64,000 nucleotides of DNA. It comes from Octopus vulgaris (lineage: Eukaryota). The position numbers and the translations under genes are program-made. Within the stretch, counting starts at the first letter, position 1. Each line of letters begins with the position of its first letter. Below are positions 1 to 14,585 of this stretch, piece after piece. The notes beneath the pieces were generated by a model. It saw only the letters and a program-made list of their open reading frames with translations, ran no database searches and was not told the DNA's origin. The DNA lies in NCBI GenBank assembly GCA_951406725.2, contig OX597836.1, positions 10,974,001-11,038,000 of the forward strand, read 5' to 3'.

Positions 1-357
1 TATCTTTTTATAGAAAAATATTTTTTACTGTAGATATATTACATTGCAAATAAAACAATCGCATAAATATATAGCACTTCATATCACCGTACAATAACTT
101 CAGCTGTTATATTCTATTAGTTATATTTTAGCTACGAGTGTGTCTACGATATCCATGTGCGTTCGTGTGATATTTCTTATAGTAACTTACTAGTACGTTT
201 AAAAAAAATATTTTTATTTTAGATTTAGTAAAAAACTTTCATTATAAACAAAATTATCACGTAAATATATACTAGTTATTATCACCGTGTTATGCCTTCC
301 ACTCTTAAGTTCTATCATGTTATCTTGTTGCTAGAGTATGTATGATGTCTATATACA

Positions 358-730
358 GGCGCAGGAGTGGCTGTGTGGTAAGTAGCTTGCTTACCAGCCA
401 CATGGTTCCGGGTTCAGTCCTACTGCGTGGCACCTTGGGTGTCTTCTACTATAGCCTCGGGCTGACCAAAGCCTTGTGAGTGGATTTGATAGACGGAAAC
501 TGAAAGGAGCTCGTCGTATATATGTGTGTGTCTGTTTGGCCCCCCCAAACATCACTTGACAACCGATGCTGGTGTGTTTACATCCCCATAACTTAGCGGT
601 TCGGCAAAAGACCGGTAGAATAATTACTAGGCTTACAAAGAATAAGTCCTGGGGTCAATTTGCTCAACTAAAGGTGGTACTCCAGCATGGCCACAGTCAA
701 ATGATTGAAACAAGTAAAAGAGTAAAGAGT
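358..730 (+). mobile_element. tRNA-headed SINE, family A (internal TA/TG microsatellite), near full length
   Basis: Head GGCGCAGGAGTGGCTGTGTGGT with B-box-like GGTTCAGTCC. Body and 3' end (..AATGATTGAAACAAGTAAAAGAG) recur at 15511, 44755, 52708 and 55563. Confidence 0.85.
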
Positions 731-1731
731 ATATATATATATATTCATGCCAATCCACTTTATATTCTGAAAAATTAATAAATAAATAAATAAATAAATA
801 AATAAAAATAAAATGTCACCAGTCATCACGGAAAATAAATAAGCGTTATTATCTTAAAAAATGGCTGCACACGTGAAATCCACGCTGATTTTATGCTGGT
901 AAGTTTTTACGTTAGTTTCCTGTAGCTTTACGAGAGAGTCTTTATAAAATTGTTACACTTGTCTTCCGTAGGTGACAGCACATCTGCAGAAATCCGCCCC
1001 TTCATGCTTATGAGCAGTATAAGTAATTCTTTATAATTTTGGTACAAGACCAACAATCTTGAGGAAAATGGTGCTGACAGATTACATCGAGGTCAGTGCA
1101 TAACAGGTAACTATTTCATTAAGCCCCGGGGGTGGGGCGGGGGTGAACAGCAGAGTCGACCTCGGCGTTATTTGAACTCAAAATGTGAAACCTCTGAAGA
1201 AATGTCTTAGGCATTTCCAACGCTCAAGAGATTTTGCCAATTCTAAGCAAAAGGCCTGAAATTTTAAGCAATTTCTAACATAGGCCTAAAGCAGGAATTT
1301 TGGGCGTGGTGTTAATTAGTTAATTAAATCGCCCTAACTAATTAATTAGTATCTTTAATATCGAATGCGGTGATGTTGCTGGCGATGATCGCGGATCTAC
1401 TGGTGGAGTTGTAGTTTTCTTTTTTGAGGTCGTTACCACGTCGCTGCTCACAGACTCTTCTTAGATAAGTTTTGGGCAAATTCTTTGTCGACACATTCTT
1501 TGCAATGTTTTATATATCACTTGCTTCAGACATAAGACTGCGGCCATGTTGGAACACTGCCTTGAAGTAACTTAATAGAATAGACCTACCCCAGTACTTA
1601 TATATATATATGTATACATACAAAAATGTGTATGTATTTATACATATATACATACATGTATATATACATATAGATGTAGGTATGTACATATATGTATGTA
1701 TATATGTGTATATTTATATATTATTTATATT

Positions 1732-2061
1732 ATGGCTCAGTGGTTAGAGCGTCGAGCTTACGATCGTGAGGTTGTGAGCTCGAATCCCGGACGGGGCTGC
1801 GTGTTGTGTTCTTGAGCAAGGCACTCTATTTCACGTTGCTCCAGTTCACTCAGCTGTAGAAATGAGTTGCGACGTCACAGGTGCCAAGCTGTATCGGCCC
1901 TTGCCTTTCCCTTGGATAACACTAATGGCGTGGAGAGGGGAGGCCGGTATGCATGGGCGACTGCTGGTCTTCCATAAAACATCCTTGCCCAGACTTGTGC
2001 CTCAGAGGGTATCTCTCTAGGTGCAAACCCATGGTCAGTGCCTGACCGAAGGGGGTCTTTA
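1732..2061 (+). mobile_element. tRNA-headed SINE, family C (head plus GTTGTGTTCTTGAGCAAG core), tail type 1
   Basis: A-box TGGCTCAGTGG and B-box-like GCTCGAATCC. Core shared with 20404, 27077, 34755 and 53738. Tail recurs at about 58895-59015. Confidence 0.8.
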
Positions 2062-2065
2062 CCCC

Positions 2066-2120
<55 letters not shown>

Positions 2121-2123
<3 letters not shown>

Positions 2124-2334
2124 GAGGGGTGCTAAAGCGTTCCTGGCTTTAAGAGTATCGCTTGACTGGAATGCCAACCTTCCGAGTTCTTTTACAAGGC
2201 GTAGAAAAACTGAAGGATCGTTGCTACAATAATTGTGTGGGTCTGAGAGGAGAATATATTCAATAAAATCATAATTGATCGATCCTCCTGTATTTTCTTT
2301 TACCCAAAGCCAGGAACTTTTCAACACCCCTTCC
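2121..2334. mobile_element. Tc1/mariner-like MITE
   Basis: Imperfect TIRs AGGGGTGCTAAAGCGTTCCTGGCTTT / AAAGCCAGGAACTTTTCAACACCCCT, flanked by TA dinucleotides. No ORF. Confidence 0.7.
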
Positions 2335-3158
2335 TAACTGTATGTTTTCTCTGCGGCCTCTACTATGTTTTTGATAATTTCTTTTTCCTCCGTCCGCAAG
2401 TAGTCAGAATATTCTGAACATAGAGCGAACCCTGATTCCAACAAATCCTCTAACTCCTGTCTCTATGGGAAAGAATACTGTCTCCCATTCAAGACGTTAA
2501 ACGAGAGAACATGATTAGTTAATTATATTAATGTAGCGAAGAAAAACAAATGAAAGTGATACAGCTTTTTGTTTATATATTTTAGCTAAGCTCATATATT
2601 ACCTTTGACGAAATACATACGCCTTCGCGCTGATATCGAGGTTTCAACTAATCTATAAATCTCAGGTTATAATACCTAAACAACACATAACCTCTACAGA
2701 TCATTACAGCATTGTGGCATGTTGCATTTAAACAAATGTGATTTTAATTACCTATGATAAACATTAATCCTTTCTCTATTTTTCAGCTCACTATCTCATT
2801 GTCATTTCCAAATGATAGAGCAGCTGGAAAGTCATTTTCCTCAAGGATAACAACAAAATTCTATTGGAAGCTGCGTTCATTGAACTTTGGGATGTGTATA
2901 CTGTGTTACAGTGTTGTCTTTCATATACTTTGGGGGTGAATGTTTACAACGACCATTTACATCTCCGTGACTTAGGGGTTCGGCAAAAGAAAACGATAAA
3001 GTAAATATTAGTCTCGATATACGCTCGCAGGTGCGCTAAGTTACGGAGAAGTGAACAAACCATCACCGGTTATAAAGCGGAAGTGGGAGAAAAACACAGA
3101 CGCAAAGACATGCACAAATAGATATATACATACATATATGTGTGCGTGTGCGTGTGTG

Positions 3159-3226
<68 letters not shown>

Positions 3227-3472
3227 GTATGTATATATATGTATATAAAGGCGGCGACCTGGCAGACACGTTAGCATACCGGGCGAAATGCGTAGCCGTA
3301 TTTCGTCTGACTTAACGTACTGAGTTCAAATTATGCCGAGGTCGACTTTGCCTTTCATCCTTTCGGGGTCGATAAATTAAGTACCAGTTACGCACTGGAG
3401 TCGATGTAATCGACTTAATTCGTTTGTCTGTCCTTGTTTGTCTCTGTGTTTATCTCCTTGTGGGTAGTAAAG

Positions 3473-3526
<54 letters not shown>

Positions 3527-4625
3527 GTATGTATGTATGTATGTATCTATCTATCTATCTATCTATCTGTATATATATATATGTATGTATATATGTATAT
3601 ATATATATATATATAGGTATATATATATACGTATATATATGGATATGTGTATATATATGGATATGTGCATATATATATGTATATACATATATATGTATGT
3701 ATCTATAAAGTGCATGTCTTTGCGTCCGTGTTTTTCTCCCACTTCCGCTTTATAACCGGTGATGGTTTGTTCACTTCTCCGTAACTTAGCGCACCTGCGA
3801 GCGTATATCGCGACTACTATTTACTTTATCGTGTCCTTTTGTCGAACGCCTAAGTTACGGAGATATAAATGGTCGTTGGAAACATTGATATCAAAGTATA
3901 GAAACACAACACTGTAACACAGTATACACATCCCGAAGTTCAATGAACGCAGCTTCTGATAGAATTTTGTTGTTATCCTTGAGGAAAATGACTTTCCAGC
4001 TGCTCTATCGTTCGGAAATGACAATGAGATAGAGAACTGAAAAATAGAGAAAGGATTAATGTTTATCATAGGTAATTAAAATCACATTTGTTTAAATGCA
4101 ACATGCCACAATGCTATAATGATCTGTAGAGGTTATGTGCTGTTTAGGTATTATAACCTGAGATTTATAGATTAGTTGAAACCTCGATATCAGCGCAAAG
4201 CGTATGTATTTCGTCAAAGGTGATATATGGGTTTAGCTCAAAATAAGTAACAAAAAGCTGTATCCATTTTCATTTGTTTTTTTTCGCTACATTAATATAA
4301 TTAACTAATCATGTTCTCTCGTTTAACGTCTTGAATGGGAGACAGTATTCTTTCCCATAGAGACAGGAGTTAGAGGATTTGTTGGAATCAGGGTTCGCTC
4401 TATGTTCAGAATATTCCGACAACTTGCAGACGGAGAAAAAAAGAAATTCTCAGAAAAATTATAGAGGCCGCTGAGAAAACATACCATTTGGAGAGGGTGT
4501 TGAAAAGTTCCTGGCTTTGGGTAAAAGAAAATACAGGAGGATCAATTATGATTTTATTGAATATAATCTCCTCTCAGACTCACACAATTATTGCAGCTTA
4601 GTTTATTTGTTTGCGTTCCTTCAGT
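2209..4625. repeat. Large inverted duplication: about 900-bp arms (2209-3115 and 3710-4625) around a TA/SINE spacer
   Basis: Arms are reverse complements. The ORF track gives near-identical peptides at 2754+ and 4069- (MININPFSIFQ...). AAGCCAGGAACTTTTCAACACCC at about 2310 mirrors about 4500. Confidence 0.92.
3250..3477 (+). mobile_element. tRNA-headed SINE, family B (Nin-domain-like core)
   Basis: GGCGGCGA-CTGGCAGA head, GAGTTCAAAT B box and core GCCGAGGTCGACTTTGCCTTTCATCCTTTCGGGGTCGATAAATTAAGTACCAG. Many copies in the window. Confidence 0.85.
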
Positions 4626-4953
4626 AACCCTAACCCTAACCCTTCTTTGTTCAATACTGTATTATTTCGTTTCAAAATATTTCGACCAATTCCTGTTGTA
4701 CAACCATTAAATGTGATATTGTCTGAAGAAATGAAGACATTGGCAGGTCCGGAGCCGTAGCAGGCAATTTTCGCCCACCAACGATACGAATATGAGTGCT
4801 TTTAAGCATCATGTGTCCACACGAGAGGTTCTCACAGTGTTCAGAGTTCTTACTCAACATCCTCATTAAGTTGGATACAAAGATTGCCTTTAGATATTAG
4901 TAATCGTTTGTCTCTGTAACACACACACACATTTGTGTGTATATATATATATA

Positions 4954-5150
4954 GGGAGAGTTCACGAAAAAAAACAAAAGACGAAGACATGTGATGTAGA
5001 AAATAAACAGATGTATTAGTATAACGCTCAGGAATTGAAAAATTCTTTACGTTTCGAGCCTACGCTCTTCTACAGAAAGGCACACAGAAAAAAACAAGGA
5101 GAGAAATAAGGAGAGTAAAAAAAATGTGTGTAGTGGCTACCGATCTATCA
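4954..5150 (-). mobile_element. Short Penelope-pLTR-like element family P1 with hammerhead-like motif (5045-5079)
   Basis: Minus strand TTT-CTGTAGA-AGAGC-GTAG-GCTC-GAAA-CG-TA-AAG. The 3' end ..CTCTCCC abuts (TA)n. Related copies at 13402, 49777 and 55245. Confidence 0.55.
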
Positions 5151-5431
5151 TTGCGACTACCGGACAGAAGGGTTACATAATATGAATCTGTATGCGCGTG
5201 TGTGTGTATATACAACCATATAACCATACATACAGGCATATACACACACAAACAAACACATAAACACTTATATAAACATCTACCAATTCCATTCACAAGG
5301 CTTTGATTGATTTTTGAGCTATAGTAGAAGACGTTTGCCCATGGCGTCACTCACTGGAACTGAATCCAAGACCGTATGGTCGGGAAGCAAGTTCTACAGT
5401 CGCACAGCTACGCATATGTATGCATCTATGT

Positions 5432-5655
<224 letters not shown>

Positions 5656-6049
5656 ACATACATATATACATACATATATACATACACACATATATACTCC
5701 TACGCTGAAATGTAATTCAACACGAATAAATAAACCAAGTAAAATTATTAAGTGAAAATATAAATATTTTTTAATTTTCCTGCTAATTCCGACATCTTGT
5801 CATTAAATTGTTTATCTGCTCATAAAATATATTTCAAACTAATTCGTCATTTAGCTTTTCAAAACAAAATTTCTTTATCAGCTGTCCATTTTTTTTTCTA
5901 TTTCCTCCTCTTTCCGTTTTATTAATTAATACTATTTTAATAAATTACTTTCACTTCTTAGGTCATAATTATTTTTCTTCCCCTTTAATTATACTCAATG
6001 TACACACAGACAGACAGAAAGAGACGGACATAAATACATAGACAAACGC

Positions 6050-6510
<461 letters not shown>

Positions 6511-7171
6511 TTTCTTTTGAGGAAATTAATAACTCTCATTTATTAAAATCTATAATTTCTAAAGTCAATGTCGAAAAGTATGGCTGAAGAATAAGATGGA
6601 AGAATGACGAAGAGTAAAAGAGGTATTTTTCTAAATCAAGAAATTAATAAGAATCTTTATAAATCATTAATGCTGGTAGGGGTCGCTTTGGAAATGTTAC
6701 AAATTACCAGAGTTGAATTAAATTTTGCTATCTGTTTTGAATGTCTTCTGGTTTGTCAACGTAATTTAATTGTGTTCGTCTTGTTTCTTTTCTTGTTTTA
6801 TTTTTTGCTCTTTTGTTGTTTTGTTCTGTTTTGGTTTTACTTTTCCGTGAAGCCGGCTAGATGAATTGGTATATTGCTCAGGCTCAGATTGATGAGAGAG
6901 AGAGAGAGAGAGAGAGTGAGAGAGAGGGAAAGAGTGAGAGAGAAAATGAGTAAGTAAGAGAGAGAAAGAGAGAGACAGGTAGAGAGAAACAGGTCGGGAG
7001 AGAAGGAGAGAGAGGTAGATTTAAAATGAGAGAAGGAGAGAAGGAGAGAAGCTGAAAGAAAGTTAGAGAGAGTTAGAGAGTGTCAAGGAGAGTAAGTTTG
7101 AGAGAAAGAGGAGTAGGGAGAGAATTGGTGAAAGTGAATTCGAGACAGAGGGATTTAGAAACGGGGAGAGC

Positions 7172-7218
<47 letters not shown>

Positions 7219-7808
7219 TTTGGGAGAGAAAGATAGTGAAAGAGTCAGCGAAAGAAAATGAGAGGGATGACGTTAGAGAGAGAGGGAGATGGAGAGAGAT
7301 AGAGACAGAAATAGAGATTTAGAGAGTGAGAGAGAATATGTCTTTATGCCTTAATCGTAGATAAGTCACAAGCCAAATAACTGAACTATTTTCAAAAATG
7401 TAAACTTTTCTTTTACTTCTGAACGTTTGAAGAAGATTTCCTGTTCTGGCACCAAATCAAATACCTGTAGGAGAATCGAATATCACACTGCATCAAAAGC
7501 AAGTTCTTCACACGGATATTTTTTTTTTTTCGCTGTGTGCTAAAGAATCAGAAATTTAGGTTGGAAGTTCATTCGTATATCGTTCTCTAACATGATTTAT
7601 TTTGCACAATTCATTTCCAAATCAGTAAATATTTAATTCATTAAAAAATTATTTAATCAGTAAGAAAATGAATGAGGTACAGCAAAATTTTAAATATAAT
7701 TGTTAGGCCACAGACCTGAAAAGCAGTCATCCAACTGAGCAGAGGCAGAATAGACTATCCGGAGATGAGAGCAGTGGAGACAAGTTGTCGATAGCTTATG
7801 CCCCATAG

Positions 7809-8227
7809 AGGGCGGCGAGCTGACAGAAACGTTAGCACTCCGGGCGAAATGCGTAGCTGTATTTCGTCTGCCGTTACGTTCTGAGTTCAAATTCCGACGA
7901 GGTTGACTTTGCCTTTCATCCTTTCGGGGTCGATAAATTAAGTACCAGTTACGCACTGGGGTTGATATAATCGACTTAATCCGTTTGTCTGTCCTTGTTT
8001 GTTCTCTCTGTGTTTAGCCCTTTGTGGGTAGTAAAGAAATAGGTATTTCGTCTGTCGTTACGTTCTGAGTTCAAATTCCGCCGAGGTTGACTTTGGCTTT
8101 CAGCCTTTCGGGGTCGATAAATTAAGTACCAGTTACGCACTGGGGTTGATATAATCGACTTAATCCGTTTGTCTGTCTTTGTTTGTCCCCTCTGTGTTTA
8201 GCCCCTTGTGGGTAATGAAACAGAGAA
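7809..8227 (+). mobile_element. SINE family B, internally duplicated (dimer), with 14-bp TSD
   Basis: The unit restarts at 8041 (GGTATTTCGTCTG). CTTATGCCCCATAG occurs at 7795-7808 and 8228-8241. Confidence 0.85.
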
Positions 8228-8539
8228 CTTATGCCCCATAGGGAAGCGAAAATCATCAGAACATCAGTGGCCATGTTATGACAAGTAAGTTAGAACGTTG
8301 TCATAATGGGCCATAATTGAGAAAACAATATGGGATTTGAACTAACTATATATATGGCAAATTCAACCAATTTGTAGCATTAAAACTGACCCACCCGTTT
8401 GACAAATACTTGGAAGTTTAGCAAAACTTACTTTACAATTGGTAATACGGCAATTGGTATAATAAAGTGAGATTGTCTCTTCCGCATTTGACAACTCCCT
8501 GACAGAAGGGATCCCAATGCGTTGTTCGATGACAGTATG

Positions 8540-8944
<405 letters not shown>

Positions 8945-8956
8945 GTATATATACAC

Positions 8957-8993
<37 letters not shown>

Positions 8994-9829
8994 AGTTTGT
9001 GTGTGTGTGTGTGTGTTTAAAAACCTCGTAGGTGAAAGTTTAAGCTCATGCCTCTGGCAATGATGTAAAAGTTAACACCGCGTGGGCAATCAATTTTAAG
9101 GATATGAGACACAACCGCTCTTGTTTTAGTGTGTTTTTAAATAATGAGATCAAGAACATGAAAAAAAAAAGAAAAAAAAAGAAAAACAGAAAGAAAAAAA
9201 CAGCGCAGTTTATGTCGATACAATCGACATTGGAAAAGCAACTAAGAAACCATAATGGAATTAAATAGAAAGAAATGGACTGTAAACATTGTGATACCTT
9301 TCTTTTGATCTGATGTTTCTCATTTGCTTGCAAAGTTATTATGATATTTTATATATTATTTTGCTTTCTATTCTGTCTGTTATTACGCAAAAAGACGTGT
9401 AAAAAAATAAAAGTTCATAACTTCAGCTGACAACTCGATATTCGTCTGTAGATGAACGAATCCATTTCTTTGAAGCTCTTTTGTTTAAAACTTATCAAAG
9501 AAGCGAACGACTAATTTGGTATTAAAACACTGATGTTTTATTTTCGTTTTTGTTTTGTTTCTGTTTTGTTGTTGTTGTTTTTTGTTTTAAAGCTTTTTTT
9601 TTCTCCCCAAATTCCATAAAAGTTCACCAATTGAGGAGCTGTTTTATGTTTTATGTATTCTATTAGAGAAGAAATAAAATAAATAAAAATTGATTAGTCT
9701 CTCCCCCTGCTGGCTACAATTAGTAATATATATTTAAGTTACAGCTCTTCTCTTGAACCGTTTGAAACGATTAGAAACAAGCAATATTTTCTGACATTGT
9801 TTTCTGTCTGACTAGAAACAATAGTCTAT

Positions 9830-9889
<60 letters not shown>

Positions 9890-9969
9890 AATACACACAT
9901 ACATGCATATACATACATATACATATATACACACTTGCATACACTCGTACACATACATATATATGTATG

Positions 9970-10027
<58 letters not shown>

Positions 10028-10076
10028 TATATACACTTGCATACACGCATACACTTGCATACACGCATGCACATAC

Positions 10077-10111
<35 letters not shown>

Positions 10112-10113
10112 TG

Positions 10114-10159
<46 letters not shown>

Positions 10160-10206
10160 ATATATATACACTTGCATACACGCATACACATACATATATA
10201 TGTATG

Positions 10207-10243
<37 letters not shown>

Positions 10244-11251
10244 TCACACAAACACATACACACACATTTGTATAAACGCCTTTACATATATTTATGTTAA
10301 TGTTTTTCATGTGTGAACTTATATCTAAAATCAATCGAACATTAACCTGGTGGTTCACCCAAATCTATTTGGCCGATACCATATTTGTTAATTTTTACGA
10401 TGAAAATAAAATGTTGACAGCGACTTCAAAGCTTCGTTTTAAAGGTCTTCATTAGAATTCCGATAACGGTTCCTAAACTGATGCTTCGAAGTCACTGTCA
10501 AACTTCTCCGCTTAAAAATTTATTCAAGAAGTCACTGTACCATAATTCTGACCGCATAATATAAAAACATTTCTCACCGCGAGGAATATCATTCCAGCAA
10601 ACACGGATGCCGCTGATAAGAACATTACTAACGCTTGCATCAGTTAAGAAATTTGTAAGGCTATGCAACATGGCGTAAGTATTCAAGTCGTTTCATTTCA
10701 AAACGAGATTTATCAGCTATTCGAAGGTTTTAGTGAAGGGGTTAAGGATTAAAGACACTCATCGAAAATTTAAGCCACTTTACAGCAACAGAGCTCTGAG
10801 AATAGGTATGTAACATGCGTTGTTCAGAAGTGGCTGTCACAGATAACGATTGTTATTCCATCTTCTACAATATAAATGTATTTCGAAAGACATCTATGGG
10901 CTTACAAATGATCGTATAGAACAGAGTGTCAAAAGTTTAAACAAACCTTCTTCATTTTATTTTCGTGGTCGAGTAAATCGCCACGTTACCTTCTGGTTTT
11001 GCTATGAATTAAGACCACACGATATTTGGACTAGAGCAGACGTTCATCAATACCCATTTTTTGAAGTCGGGGCAACCGGTTGATTGTTTGGGACAACTTT
11101 GTTTCATTTTCATACAAACGGTGGTCCTCGAGTGTCCGAGATGCTCATTAGCATTACCGGCACCCATGCACTCTGTCTGAGTGACCCGATAAATATGCAC
11201 ATTATCTAATATTTATTCGAATAGCATAAAAAAGATATATATATATATATA

Positions 11252-11531
11252 GGAAATAATAAAGATTCACTTGAATTAGTCTTGTATTATCCGCACATCT
11301 CCAAGAAAGGTGAATCAAAGCAAATAAGAAACAAGGATGTCAAGGTATCAGTGCATTACGGTCGTTTCAGGCGGCTCCATTTAATTGAACAATGCAAGCA
11401 TTACTTCAATTTGAAATACACCGCCATCTATCTTCGAATGCATAATATAAGTTATGGCGGCGTATTTCAAACTGATGCAATGATTGCATTGTTCAATTAA
11501 ATGGAGCCGCCTGAAACGACCGTAATGCCGT

Positions 11532-11539
<8 letters not shown>
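11252..11539. mobile_element. Fold-back element between (TA)n tracts (arms 11353-11427 and 11454-11528), PLE-like family P3
   Basis: GCATTACGGTCGTTTCAGGCGGCTCCATTTAATTGAACAATGC is mirrored about 100 bp downstream. Both arms carry the hammerhead 3'-half-like GAAAC-GACC-GTA. Confidence 0.6.
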
Positions 11540-11604
<65 letters not shown>

Positions 11605-11606
<2 letters not shown>

Positions 11607-11816
11607 AAAGTTAATCCAAACAAGAAAACACAAAAAAAACACAACAACACGAGGACGTGGAACAAATATAGTATTATTGGACGCTCATGAAAGAAGGAAA
11701 GAGGAAGGGTTTAACGTTTCGAGCGGAGCTCTTCGTCGGAAACATAGGAGAAGGAAAGATCCAGAGAAGGGAAGACAGAGGGGAAAAAATCGCCAACGGT
11801 ACACACGAGGTCACAT
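11605..11816 (-). mobile_element. PLE-pLTR-like family P2 with hammerhead-like motif (11709-11743)
   Basis: Minus strand GTTT-CCGACGA-AGAGC-TCC-GCTC-GAAA-CG-TT-AAAC. The 3' end abuts (TA)n. Inverted copy at 34335-34543. Confidence 0.6.
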
Positions 11817-11899
11817 TTTAAAAAGGATATATATAATATATATATATGTTTATATATAAATATATATTGTGTGTGTATATATATATAAACGTATATGCT

Positions 11900-12130
11900 T
11901 ACATTTATGTATGTGTCTTTGTGTCTCTGTGTATCTGCCCACCGTTGCTTGGTAACCGATGTTGGTGTGTTTAAGGCGCCGTCACTTAACGGTTCTGCAA
12001 AAAAGAATAAGAGAATAATAGGCTTACAAACATTAAGTCCTGGGTCCCATTTCTACGACTAAAAAGCCTGTAAGGAGGTGCTCCAGCATGTCCACAGCCA
12101 AATGACAGAAACAAGTAAAAGAATAAAAGA
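11900..12130 (+). mobile_element. SINE family A, 3' part, diverged
   Basis: GGTGCTCCAGCATG..AAATGACAGAAACAAGTAAAAG. Confidence 0.7.
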
Positions 12131-12415
12131 ATATACACAGACACACAGACACACACACAGACACACACACACACACACACACATAGTTCAAAACTACAGT
12201 GTGAAGAAAATTTATCCAGATTACTTAAACCTACTTTTTGGCATTTTAAAATCATTCATACGAACAGCCGATATTTTCTTCAAATTATCTAAATTAAAAG
12301 CCTATTTTCTTTTACCTTACTTATCTAAACAGAACTTATCTAACAACCCCTTTTCTTGTAGAGATTGAAGAAATTTGAGCTAATCGTTTCGTTATTAATA
12401 TTATTAAACATGGAA

Positions 12416-12650
12416 GGCGGTGAGCTGGCAGAAACGTTAGCATGTAGGGCGAAATGCTCACACGGTATTTCGTCTGCCGTTACGTACTGAGTTCAAATTC
12501 CGTCGAGGTCAACTTTGCCTTTCATCCTTTCGGTATCGATTAAATAAGTACCAGTTACGCACTGGGGTCGATATAAATCGACTTAATCCGTTTGTCTGTC
12601 CTTGTTTGTCCTCTCTGTGTTTTGTCCCTTGTGGGCAATAACGAAATATA
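12416..12650 (+). mobile_element. SINE family B
   Basis: Same head and core as 3250. Confidence 0.85.
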
Positions 12651-12669
12651 TTAATATTTTTTATTCATG

Positions 12670-12688
12670 TTATTATTATTATTATTCA

Positions 12689-12751
<63 letters not shown>

Positions 12752-12798
12752 CATTATTATTATTATCATTATTATTATCATTATTATTATTATTATTA

Positions 12799-12860
<62 letters not shown>
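12670..12860. repeat. (TAT)n microsatellite
   Basis: Directly visible. Confidence 0.95.
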
Positions 12861-12970
12861 GAGTGAGCAAGCAGCGTATGCCATCAAAATGACACTGGGG
12901 TACAAATACACGAAACCCAATATACCCATCATGACTACCCGTCTGATAAGGGTACACCAGGCACATGCAT
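12861..12970 (-). mobile_element. Repeat end abutting (TAA)n; probable 3' end of a (TAA)n-targeting retroelement
   Basis: Near-identical to 35671-35803 (ATGCCATCAAA..GACTACCCGTCTGATAAGGGTAC). Both copies are fused at the same end to a TAT array. The retroelement assignment is inference. Confidence 0.55.
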
Positions 12971-13298
12971 AAGAAAGAAAAAGGGGCTAATGATAATAAT
13001 AATAATACATAACATTTTTGTACTCAATTGCTCCATCGTTCTGAAACGAAAACAAAAAAAAAAAAAAGAAAAAATGATGCTTGAAATGTTGTTTGTCGTA
13101 GCTGAATCCAATCAGAAAGAAATACTCTAACAACATTCAAAGTAAAATATGTGTCATGTGATTAATACCTTTTCCTGGTAAATGCTGGAAAGCTTCATAA
13201 TGGAGATAAAAAAAAATCACAAACAAGTAATTTAATAAATTATATAGTAACTAGATCTTGCACTTCTTACAAATCATTCACTTGTATATGTATGTATG

Positions 13299-13648
<350 letters not shown>

Positions 13649-13935
13649 AATACGCACCAATTTTTACGAAATTGCGCAACAAGCCGATTTGTAATAGATG
13701 ACTTAGTGCTAAACTATTAAATTTGGGAAGCATTAACATGTTAGCTAGAAGTAATTATGTGTTGGAAGGAAATGAGACAAGTCTTCTTTACTACTCTTTC
13801 GTCAAAATGCTTTTTAATTATAACAGTTTCGTTAATGCCCAGACCTTTAGCACTCGTTATGTGAGTCTCAAAAACAGAGAAACATCTTAGTTAAGAAAAC
13901 AGTTTTTTAACGTTAAAACATCAAGTATCAATGTT

Positions 13936-14585
13936 TATTTTGGCTGTCAGGGGGACTCTTAGTTTAATGGAATTTGAGCAGTGCATGGTTCGATTCTTTA
14001 TAGAAGCTTGATGTTCGCCTTTTTTTTTTAAGCGGCGTGTTAGCAGAATCACTTGAACGCCGAGCTTAGCGTCATTTAGTCCGATTTTACGTTCTGATTT
14101 CAAATTCTACCGAGCTAGATTTTGCCTTTTATCCTGTCAGGGTCGATAGAATAAGTACCAGTTAACTACTGGGGTTGAATGTAATCGATTCACCCCATCT
14201 CTCGTTCTTGCTGGCCTTGTGCCAAAATTTGAAACCAATATTTATTTTGGCTGTCAGGGACGCGTTGGCTTAATCGTACAGAGCGCTCAGCTGTATTTTA
14301 AGAGGTACATGGTTCGATAATCTTTATAGGAGGTTTGCTTGTTGCTCTTTTTTAAGGCGGAGGGCTGGCACAATCGTTAGCACGCTGGGTGAGGTGCTTA
14401 GCGGCATTTTGTCCGATTTTACGTTCTCAGTTCGAATTCCGCGGAGCTCGATTTCACCTACCATCCTTTCAGGGTCTATAAAATGAGTACCGGTTGACTA
14501 TTGGGGGTCGATGCAATCGATTCATCACTTCCCTCGATCTTGCTGACCTTGTGCCAAAATTTGAAATCAATATCTGTTTTGGCTA
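13936..14585 (+). repeat. Old tandem duplication (about 310-330 bp unit), each unit containing a diverged family B-related SINE
   Basis: TATTTTGGCTGTCAGGG at about 13936 and 14243, TTTTGGCT at about 14577. GTGCCAAAATTTGAAA-CAATAT occurs twice. Confidence 0.7.

Noticed and set aside
4660-4890. Complex-sequence short ORFs (also 8363-8540 and 45586-45828)
   Set aside because: No recognisable domain or splice structure; possibly old TE debris.
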